The notes under the pieces: generated by a model | The model's database searches: none | The model's input: only the letters and a program-made list of their open reading frames with translations | What the model was told of the DNA's origin: nothing | Position numbers and translations under genes: made by a program | Shown here: positions 54,060 through 64,000 of the stretch, one piece after another | How the letters are laid out: each line of letters starts with the position of its first letter | How positions within the stretch are numbered: position 1 is the stretch's first letter | NCBI GenBank assembly: GCA_951406725.2 | Contig: OX597819.1 | Coordinates: 25,668,001 to 25,732,000 of the forward strand | Length of the DNA: 64,000 nucleotides | Direction: 5' to 3' | Source of the DNA: Octopus vulgaris | Taxonomy: Eukaryota

Positions 54060-55727
54060 TACAACATAAAATGCTATAAATTGATTAACAACGAGATACT
54101 AACCATTATGCTGCTTATTCACTCTCCTACTATTAATACCAATACTTATGCAAAGTATGAAGATACCACCATAATCAGAAAAACTTCATGCAGCAATTTC
54201 TTCCTTAAATACTTCCTCCGTACTTTGCCTTTATTTGTAAGCAATTCACCCCATATTTTTCTAAAACTGCATCTCTTTAAAATCGTTTTCTTGCACACAT
54301 TTTACGATTATGAGAAATTTTCAAAAGTTTATATTGAACAACTATCAATCTTTTGCAAGGTCATTTAAAATGAGGGGAAATTTATGTTTACTGATCCCCT
54401 TTGACAACCTAAATAATTGTTTATATACAATCAAAATTAATATGTATACAATTTTCCTTGAAATGAAAATACGTCTCTGTAAGCCATTAACTTCAATGTT
54501 GTTCCTTAGCAGATATTAAGAAGTGCATTTGCGACCTGTATCATAGCGGTTGCCTGTTCATGACTTCGTTGGAGGTAAAATAAAGCAAATTAATTATGCA
54601 TTTCGTTGGTAAACTTTTAGAAACAAAAAAATATTTTCAATTCAAACTTTTTATGGAAAAATATATATTAAAGTATCCTATTGGTTTATGAACAGCTCTT
54701 GCGTGTAACAGAACTATAAATAATTGGTTTTTGTAGATATTTAAATGTAGTAAGAATCGGAATGAGGACGACTGGAGGTGGTTGTGTGGAGTCCAGTGAT
54801 TTAGCACGGATTTAGCTCATATTGAACAGTAACCGATTCGATTGGTTTCCCATCTCACAGCTACTAGAGAAACCTGAACAGGAAATGAATTCCAAATGGG
54901 GAGAAAATACTGAGTGTAGTGATTATAAATGATCTGGAGTTGTGGTGAGAATATTTTTGCAGGTAGATGTTAGGTGAAGCTGCAATAAAACCAGCTTGCA
55001 CCGAGGTGTTTAGGCCTCAAAAGTATTTGTAGAAAAGTCCAAGTGAGCAGAATGAACCTGGGTTTTTGCCAATTTCATACTGATCATTATCATGAACTTA
55101 CAGAAAGTTTTGATTGTAGGTTAGGAATTTATCAGAGCTAACGAAATTTATTATTTGGAAAAGGATTATTTTGGACATGATTACGGGAATATAATTTGTG
55201 TGTTTGGCATTATATATTTTGATATCTGACACATCTGATGGTTCGTGAAAGGTCAATACGTTATGTCTGGCTTAATGCTGCAGTGTCATTGTCATTTCGC
55301 ATTAGACCAGCCCTTATCAAACAAACCTTTGGCAAAATGAACCAACTACCTCTTGCTGTTTGACACATGCAGCAGAAAGTTTACACATCCATTCTATTTC
55401 TTTATACTTTAGAGAAACTTGGTCGCAGTTTCCAGCACATAGGCTAGGCAATGGTTCTTCTGTTGGATCGAATGCAAGGATTTCGCTTATATATTTGATG
55501 AAATATTAACTTGGATTTCCCCATTGTTATGAGCTTGTTACACGAACACTGGTGTTAATTCTTGACATAGAAATCTGACGTTGGAGTGGATTTAGTAAGG
55601 AACAAAGGGCTGCATTATCGATATACAAATGTATATCTGTTGCAAGAAATACGACGAATACGGGTATTGATTTATTCACCCCACTACAATATATATATAC
55701 ACACACTTATATATGTATATAAATATA

Positions 55728-55876
55728 TACAGGACTGGCTGTGTGGTAAGAAGCTTGCTTCGCAACCACATGGTTTCGGGTTCAGTTCCACTGCATGGCA
55801 ACTTGGGCTAGTGTCATCCACTATAGCATTGGGCCGACTAAAGCCTTGTGAGTGAATTTGTGAGACGGCAGCATAG

Positions 55877-55970
<94 letters not shown>

Positions 55971-56188
55971 TTATGTATTTGTGTGTCTGTTTTTGTCCCT
56001 CCATTATCGCTTGATAACCAACGTTGTTGGGTTTACCTCCCCGTGTCTTAGCGGTTCAGCAATAGTGACCGATAGAATAACATATTACAACGAATATGTT
56101 TTGGCGTCGATTTGTTCGACTAAATGCGGTGCTTCAACACGGCCGGAGTCAATTGACAGAAGCAGGTAAAAGAATAAAAGTATAAAAG
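55728..56188 (+). mobile_element. SINE family A (older)
   Basis: Homology. Confidence 0.88.
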
Positions 56189-56199
56189 AATATATATAT

Positions 56200-56618
56200 A
56201 GGCGCAGGAGTAGCTGTGTGGTAAGTAGCTTGCTTACCAACCACATGGTTCCGGGTTCAGTTCCACTGCGTGGCATCTTGGGCAAGTGTCTTCTGCTATA
56301 GCCCCGGGCCGACCAATGCCTTGTGAGTGGATTTGGTAGACGTAAACTGAAAGAAGCCTGTCGTATATATGTATGTATATTTATATATGTATGTGTGTGT
56401 GTGTGTTTGTGTGTCTGTGTTTGTCCCCCACCAAAATCGCTTGACAACCGATGCTGGTGTGTTTACGTCCCCGTCACTTAGCGGTTGGGCAAAATAGACC
56501 GATAGAATAAGTACTAGGCTTACAAAGAATAAGTCCCGGGGTCGATTTGCTCTACTAAAGGCGGTGCTCCAGCATGGCCGCAGTCAAATGACTGAAACAA
56601 GTAAAAGAGTAAAAGAGT
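56200..56618 (+). mobile_element. SINE family A (young, full length)
   Basis: GGCGCAGGAGTAGCTGTGTGGTAAG...GGTTCAGTTCC...GTAAAAGAGTAAAAGAG. Confidence 0.93.
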
Positions 56619-56623
56619 ATATA

Positions 56624-57599
56624 CGAGAGGAAGTCAAAAATTATCCGCAGCTTCACCATATCATATCTTTATTATTGTCACACTGCCTTCTGCGCACGCG
56701 TGCTTATAGTTAAGTCTATGGTGGACACGTGATCGAAGTTTGAGCCTGATCGCAGTATTTTTCTTTCTGGCTTTACAGTGCAATCATGGCCGCACCATTA
56801 GCAATGTGTGCCACAGAAGAACAAAGAGGACTGATCCAATTCCTCTGGTCGGAATGTAAGTTCGGTTCCCATAATGGGGGGGGGGGGGGGCAAGTCGGCT
56901 TACTGTAGAGCACAAGCGCAAATGTCTTGCGGTCTGCTAACGTTCACTCGATCGCTACAACAATGAGGGCGAGGAGGTTTTGAGCAGAATTGTCACAGGA
57001 GATGAAACTTGGGTCCATCATTACGAGGCTGAATCCAAAAGACAGAGTATGGAATGGAAACATTCTTGCTAGGCAGCGACGAAGAAATTCAAGAATCAGT
57101 CTCCCACTGGAAAAGGTGATGCTAACCCATCCAATTGGGGGACTCAAAAGGGCCTATACTGGAAGACAACCTGGAAACGGGGTGTACGATCAACAGTGCA
57201 AGACAGTGCTTTTCTGGTCAACAAACTGAAGTCACCAATTCGCACCAACGCCGAAGGGTATTGTCGAAGAAAGGTTTGATGTTGCACAAAAACGCACGCC
57301 CCATACGGCCGCCCAGACCACTGAAACCATTTAGCAATTGTGCTAAAAGGCTGCGCTGAATGTCAGCACTTTCCGACCAGAGAAATCGGATCACTGCTCT
57401 TTGTTCTTCTTTGGTGCATATTACTAGTAGAGCGGCCGTGCTTACACTGTCAAGCCAGAGAGAAAAGCGGCGCGATCAGGCTCGAACTTTGACCACCTGA
57501 CCACAATAGTACCAGCTATAAGCACGCATGCGCAGAAGGCAGTGTGTTGATAATGATTATATGTTATGTCGAAAGCGGATAATTTTTGACTTCCCTTGG
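56624..57599 (+). mobile_element. Non-autonomous mariner derivative with ~230-bp inverted arms, copy 1
   Basis: TA|CGAGAGGAAGTCAAAAATTATCCGC...GCGGATAATTTTTGACTTCCCTTGG|TA; internal IVTGDETWVHHY remnant. Confidence 0.9.
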
Positions 57600-57613
57600 T
57601 ATACATACATACC

Positions 57614-57645
<32 letters not shown>

Positions 57646-57852
57646 CAAATTGAGATAGGGGTTGTAAATGCAACCCTCCATGGGATAACATATATCCAAT
57701 ATACTGAGTGAAGTACCCAACAATGTTAATACATAAATGTTAAGAATTGCGATGCAATTTATTCATTTACTGTATAATATGGGCAAAGGTAAAATGTTTT
57801 ACCACAATTTCATAATACAAAATAAGAAAATGGAGAAATACATCCAAATCAA

Positions 57853-57907
<55 letters not shown>

Positions 57908-58158
57908 ATTAATTAATAAGTCTTGGCTGAAGAGCTACAAATGGATTATTGTAAGTAATATTACATTTAATTCATTAATAGCGAAACAATTGTCCCAAAA
58001 TAATCTGTATTTTTGTTATTTTTTATTTGCCCTGTCCGTGTGAGCTAACAGTCGTACCGGCTTTCAGGGGAAACATGTATTTTTCGTGGTTGAAACCTTT
58101 TGGATTAACTGGTGCTAGAGTGATCAATATAGTGACCACTGTCTTATATTTATTTAGT
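57646..58158 (+). mobile_element. PLE pseudo-LTR remnants in (TA)n
   Basis: Unique blocks bounded by (TA)n; the second carries a hammerhead. Confidence 0.6.
57923..57998 (+). ncRNA. Type I hammerhead ribozyme motif, canonical core
   Basis: TTGG-CTGAAGA-GCTA...TAGC-GAAA-CAATTG-TC-CCAA; GUC cleavage triplet. Confidence 0.82.
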
Positions 58159-58183
58159 ATATATATATATATATATATATATA

Positions 58184-58965
58184 CGAGGGGCGTTCAATAA
58201 GTAATGCCTCTGACCCACTTGCAGTTGTTTGATCTAGTTGAAATTTTTGACTGTGCAATTATTTATATCTCTATAGATTAAGTGGCAAATTACGGCTCTG
58301 AACTAGTTGTGGTTTCTGATTTACAGGTGTTTGAACTGAGTCAAGTGTGAAATGGAGCCTGTTGAGTGTCTAGCAGTGATGCGGTTTTTTGTATTTGAAA
58401 GGTCGCACACCACGGGAGACTTTTGATGAAATAAAAGTAATTCATGTTGATGATGCCCCATCATATGACCTTGTAAAACGCTGGCATCGTGAATTCAAAC
58501 ATGGTCGGAACTTTGTGGAAACAGCTCCCAGATCTGGTCGCCCCCTTCTGCCATTGATGAGGCATCTGTCCGTCAAGTTGAGGCTGCCATTTTGGAAGAT
58601 CGACGCATAACTATTCGCCAAATAGCCCATGAGGTCAAGATTAGTACCGGATCTGTGGAAACTATCATTCATGACCATTTGCATATGCAAAAGGTGTCTG
58701 CCAGATGGATTCCCAGGCTGCTCACACCTTTCCAGAAGCAAGAACGCGTCGATTACGCGAGGATGAATTTGAAGATGTGCCAAGAAGATGAGTCAAAATT
58801 TTTCAAAAGACTGATTACACAGGATGAAACCTAGGTCCATCACTATGATCCAGAGACCAAAACCCAGGCAATGCAGTGGAAGCACCGTGACTCACCTCCT
58901 CCAAAGACGGCATGGGTGTAGCCCTCCGCTGGCAAGGTCATGCTCACATTCTTCTGGGACCAGGA
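58184..58965 (+). mobile_element. Mariner element 5' half (transposase pseudogene, ATG at 58352)
   Basis: TA|CGAGGGGCGTTCAATAAGT TIR; ...PRSGRP...WIPRLL...ITQDET*VHHYDPETK...GKVMLTFFWDQD with frameshifts. Confidence 0.92.
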
Positions 58966-59931
58966 CGAGAGGAAGTCAAAAATTATCCGCAGCTTCACCA
59001 TATCATATCTTTATTATTGTCACACTGCCTTCTGCGCACGCGTGCTTATAGTTAAGTCTATGGTGGACACGTGATCGAAGTTTGAGCCTGATCGCAGCAT
59101 TTTTCTTTCTGGCTTTACAGTGCAATCATGGCCGCACCATTAGCAATGTGTACCACAGAAGAACAAAGAGGACTGATCCAATTCCTCTGGTCGGAATGTA
59201 AGTTCGGCTCCCATAAGTGGGGGGGCCAAGTCGGCTTACTGTAGAGCACAAGCGCAAATGTCTTGCGGTTTGCTAACGTTCACTCGATCGCTACAACAAT
59301 GAGGGCGAGGAGGTTTTGAGCAGAATTGTCACAGGAGATGAAACTTGGGTCCATCATTACGAGGCTGAATCCAAAAGACAGAGTATGGAATGGAAACATT
59401 CTTGCTAGGCAGCGACGAAGAAATTCAAGACTCAGTCTTCCACTGGAAAAGGTGATGCTAACCCATTTTGGGGGACTCAAAAGGGCCTATACTGGAAGAC
59501 AACCTGGAAACGGGGTGTACGATCAACAGTGCAAGACAGTGCTTTTCTGGTCAACAAACTGAAGCTACCAATTCGCACCAACGGCGAAGAGTATTGTCAA
59601 AGAAAGGTTTGATGTTGCACAAAAATGCACGCCCATACGGCCGCCCAGACCACTGAAACCATTTAGCAATTGTGCTAAAAGGCTGCGCTGAATGTCAGCA
59701 CTTTCCGACCAGAGAAATCGGATCACTGCTCTTTGTTCTTCTTTGGCGCACTTTACTAGTAGAGCGGCCATGCTTACACTGTCAAGCCAGAGAGAAAAGC
59801 GGCGTGATCAGGCTCGAACTTTGACCACCTGACCCCAATAGTACCAGCTAAAAGCACGCATGCGCAGAAGGCAGTGTGTTGATAATGATTATATGTTATG
59901 TCGAAAGCGGATAATTTTTGACTTCCCTTGG
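58966..59931 (+). mobile_element. Non-autonomous mariner derivative, copy 2
   Basis: Near-identical to 56624-57599. Confidence 0.9.
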
Positions 59932-59941
59932 TATACATACA

Positions 59942-59997
<56 letters not shown>

Positions 59998-60004
<7 letters not shown>

Positions 60005-60120
60005 ATCACGTGACCGACCAGACCATCTGATGTTATTACACATCGCTGGTCACAATGCGTTCGCATTGTTTTTTTTAACCTTCGAATGGCGCCACCCTGC
60101 TGGCTAAGCGAGCAGGCCAA
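59998..60120 (-). repeat. ~120-bp dispersed element in (TA)n, copy 2
   Basis: Reverse complement of 19787-19907. Confidence 0.8.
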
Positions 60121-60130
60121 TATATATATA

Positions 60131-60194
<64 letters not shown>

Positions 60195-60581
60195 GAAAGG
60201 CAGAAATAACAAACGTCTCTGATTATATAACCTCTTGATTCAGAAAATAAATACAACGATATTGTAAACTAATTGTTGTTTCGAGGAAATTATTTTTCAA
60301 AAGAAGTACGAAATATAAATGAAAGAAAACAATCTCGAACACAGTCTCGTGTTCAACAAAACCTGTTTGAAATATGATCTATTTAAACATACATACACAT
60401 CTGCAATTCAGACAGCGTATGCGAACACGATTCACACACGCGCTTGCGCATGCACACTCACACACACGCGTGTGTGTAGGTGTGTGTTTATGCGCGAGTA
60501 TATGTATACGCATATTTTGTGTTTATAAATACATAATGTTTTGCGTGTGTATACACACACACACATATATATATATATATA

Positions 60582-60743
60582 CAGGCGTAGACGTGGCTGT
60601 GTGGTAGGAATCTTGCTTCCCTGCCACATGGTTCCAGGTTTAATTTCTCTGCGTGCACCCTTGGGCAAGTGTCTTCTTCTATAGCCTCCGGCCGACCGAA
60701 TTTTTGTGAGTGGATTTGGTAGACAGAAACTGAAAGAAGTCAG

Positions 60744-60813
<70 letters not shown>

Positions 60814-60960
60814 CTGTGTCTGTGCTTATCCCCCACCCACCATCGCTTGACAACCGATGTTGGTGTGATTACGTCACCGTAACTTAGCGGTTCGGCTAAC
60901 GACACCGATAGTATAAATACTACGCTTCCAAAGATTAAGTCTTTGTTTTGATTTATTCGT
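60582..60960 (+). mobile_element. SINE family A (3' truncated)
   Basis: Homology. Confidence 0.87.
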
Positions 60961-61199
60961 GCTCTACCATTTCCAATTATTTTGTCTCTTCCCTTAAGAA
61001 AGAAGCTGGATTTTGAACAAAAACACAAATCTTCATCCCTAGAATGTACATAGTAGAAACAATCTTACTCTGTGAACTTCAGATAACTTGTAAAAATGTT
61101 TACTGTTCTGCTGTCAGATTGTAATGTGCGTGTTATACGGTTAAATCGTATTATTTATGAGAGCAAAATCCCATCTTTGGCATGCAATGCATATATGTA

Positions 61200-61766
61200 T
61201 TGGGTTGTCCGGAACGTTCGTGCCGATTTATAGTTGCTTACCTTTCGACTTATTTTAGAACATGGTTGAGTCCATAAAATAGGATTTCACTATACTTCCA
61301 TCTAGAGCACAGCTTAAGCTATCTTTTCATGGAAGAAGATTTATGATCCTATAACCAGTGTTAATTTTGTAACCCTTTAAAATAGAATATAAGAAAGTTC
61401 ATTTTCAGGAATTGATGCTTTGGGAACCAGATAAAAATTGCTGCAGATCGGCTGGGATGTGTTACCCCACCCGCCATATTCACCAGATATTGCTCCTTCG
61501 GATTTCCAATCATTCAGGTCTCTGTAGAATAGTCTTAAAAGTAAAAAAAATCAATTTCTTGGATGATGAAAAAAGATACCTTGATGAATTCTTTGCCATG
61601 AAACTACCTCAATTCTTGGAAGAGGGTAGTTTTAAGTTAATGGAAAGATGGTGACGCATCGTGCAACAAAATGGTTCATATATGGTTGATTAAAAATGTA
61701 ATGGCAAATATTTATTGACCTTTTTCTTTCCTTTAAAAATCGGTACGAACTTTCCGGACAACCCAA
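61200..61766 (+). mobile_element. Internally deleted mariner (MITE-like)
   Basis: TIRs TTGGGTTGTCCGGAACGTTCGTGCCGATTT / AAATCGGTACGAACTTTCCGGACAACCCAA; WDVLPHPPYSPDIAPSDF remnant. Confidence 0.92.
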
Positions 61767-62404
61767 TTTATATATAATTAATTAAAGGACACACCAAGTA
61801 TATCTATCTGTTGGAAATAACAGACAAACGTCTTATTTAAATCGCCAAAATACACACATCATCACAACAGAAATCCATTGTCCGAAGGTAAACGGATTAA
61901 GACAATCTCTCAGCATGCATTCAAGTATTTGGACTCACGTGGACCAGTTTCTGGACTGGCATAGTAATAGCCTCACACTCCTCAGCACGATGACATAATA
62001 TGATTCATAAGTTATAAGATTTACATTTCGCTCCAGGTTAGCTGCTGGCGGCATTATGGAGTGTTGCTAGTAGTTCCCAAGCATTGGCGAAGTGAGAATT
62101 CTTGTGGTGACGAATTGGTGGATTAAAGCATAAAAAATACAAAGAATCTAATGTAATTGGCTGGAGGGAAGGTTTGTGGAATTGGATTAACATGTCCTGA
62201 TGCGTGTGGAGACCTTTGATAGCTGGCTATGGCAGTCAAGCGTGAAAGAGTGGTCCTTAGACTTGATGGCTTCTTACACCGACACACATACAGACACACA
62301 GATATATATATATATATATATGTATATACGGACGAAGACAAGCACTCACACAAAATCGACGCATTCACGCACCCAAGCAAATAATACATGCACACACACA
62401 TATA

Positions 62405-62539
62405 GAGTAATGCCTCGATATACGAGTTAATTCATTCCCGGAGAGCGCTCGTAAAGCGAAAACTCGTAAACAAAATAAACTCCTAAAATGTAAACCTGGG
62501 ATCCCATAATGTGGGTCCTCGTAAAGTGAGGTATTACTG
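62405..62539. mobile_element. pogo/Tigger-like MITE
   Basis: GAGTAATGCCTCGATATACGAG ... CTCGTAAAGTGAGGTATTACTG inverted termini. Confidence 0.7.
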
Positions 62540-62571
62540 TGTGTATACATATATATATATATATATATATA

Positions 62572-63212
62572 TCCCCCCTCTCATTTTCCTTCTTTTTTAC
62601 CGCTCCCCCTTCCTCATATTCCTTGGCCCTCTCTTTAACTCTCACTATTTCCACACGGTTATCCCCCCTTTACCTTTCTCTTAATCTCGGATTTTTTCTA
62701 ATCCTTCAGGCCCGCTGCCTCCTACCCATTTCTCCTCCTGCCCGGGCAGCCATGCTCTTTCGTTTTTGGACTGACTGCCGACCGACAACACCTCGTGTCC
62801 GTCTCCCATTTTCCTGCCTTTAGGCTTTCACTTTATACACGCCAGCTCAATTTGATTCTTTCTCAGTCGAAAGACGCCTGTTGTTATTTCTTGTTTGTAT
62901 TCGTAATTGTGTACCATGCTCTGCGCTTTTTGTTTATTTATTTTTCTTTTTGTCTTTGTTGCCGTACATATTCGCTAGCTTTCTTACAAACGAGTCTAGT
63001 GCTCTTAGCTTAGAGTTTTTGGCAGGTAACCAGATCGATCCATCTCAAGCGTAACTACCCGAAATGGTCGTGACTTTTGGGACTTGAGTGATGAAAGGAA
63101 GCCAAGAAGATTCATCTTTTTTACCTGTCCTTCTAATTGTTGTTTCTCTTGTCCACCTTTGTATCATCTATCTGTCCGAACGTTTTAATACCCTCTATTG
63201 CGTTTTTATTCC

Positions 63213-63215
<3 letters not shown>
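62572..63215. mobile_element. Dispersed repeat between (TA)n tracts, related to 14700-15420
   Basis: Shared sequence blocks (see 14700). Confidence 0.6.
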
Positions 63216-63259
<44 letters not shown>

Positions 63260-63632
63260 CATTTATACATGCATACATACATACATATATATATATAAAA
63301 CATATGCATATATTCATACATATATGTACATACTTACATCTATATGTATATATATACATGCATATATATATATATATGAGTACATAACACCACAAATAAA
63401 CGTAGAACACAACAAGAAACGAAAATATAAAATCAAACAAGGAAACGGACTTTTTTTAACAACGAAAAAACAGTAGAAAAAACAGTACAAATAAAGAATA
63501 ACAGAACAAGGAAACCAACAATAAGGGACTTTTTAGGCCTAGACGGTGGAAAATTTAGTTAGAACGCATGTGAAAAATCGGCTTGCGAAAGACAGAAAAG
63601 TCGATGTATGCTTGTTGAAAGCACGAGCTATA

Positions 63633-63666
<34 letters not shown>

Positions 63667-63894
63667 CATATATATATGTCGTTGCTATTATGTTAAACTG
63701 TCGTATGTCCAAATTTGTCAAAGAGTAGTAAAACGGTGGTGTTGCTATTGATTGGTGAAAGTAACTTTTCGTTTTCCTGAAGCGCAATGTTCTGGACTTA
63801 CGACGCCTTTGCATAATAGCAACTATATGCGAGGCCAGATGAATAATTATCCGGACTGGTGTCATGTAATGAAGCTAATGCACACAGAATAAAG

Positions 63895-64000
63895 CCGCTT
63901 CGTGAAATAATGTGCCTTGCTCAAGAATACAACACACAAATGGGTCTGGGAATCGAACTCGCTAGCTCATGATTGTGAGCTCGACGCTCTAATCCCTACA
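63895..64000 (-). mobile_element. Family D-like SINE head (runs off the window)
   Basis: Reverse complement ...GAGTTCGATTCCCAGACC..GTTGTATTCTTGAGCAAGGCAC matches 1865-1915. Confidence 0.75.

Overview
AT-rich, microsatellite-dense animal genomic DNA. The SINE, Penelope and mariner content strongly suggests an octopus (inference). I found no intact host protein-coding gene, and almost all ORF-track calls are microsatellite or SINE artefacts. The window is a mosaic of modular tRNA-headed SINEs, LINE fragments (CR1, RTE-like, R4/Dong-like), mariner/Tc1/pogo remnants, one non-autonomous Helitron and many Penelope-like (PLE) remnants sitting in (TA)n. Two observations stand out. (1) Two highly diverged, TSD-bounded, 1.6-2.0 kb retroelements encode only an ORF1/gag-like zinc-knuckle protein with no RT or endonuclease. 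Each is inserted co-oriented into another structured repeat: one at the 5' edge of a hammerhead ribozyme, one inside a SINE tRNA head. (2) At least seven type-I hammerhead ribozyme motifs of different families are present, including a G3-C8 core-swapped variant and one inside a young 564-bp terminally redundant non-coding unit. All calls are from manual reading; no searches or folding programs were run.
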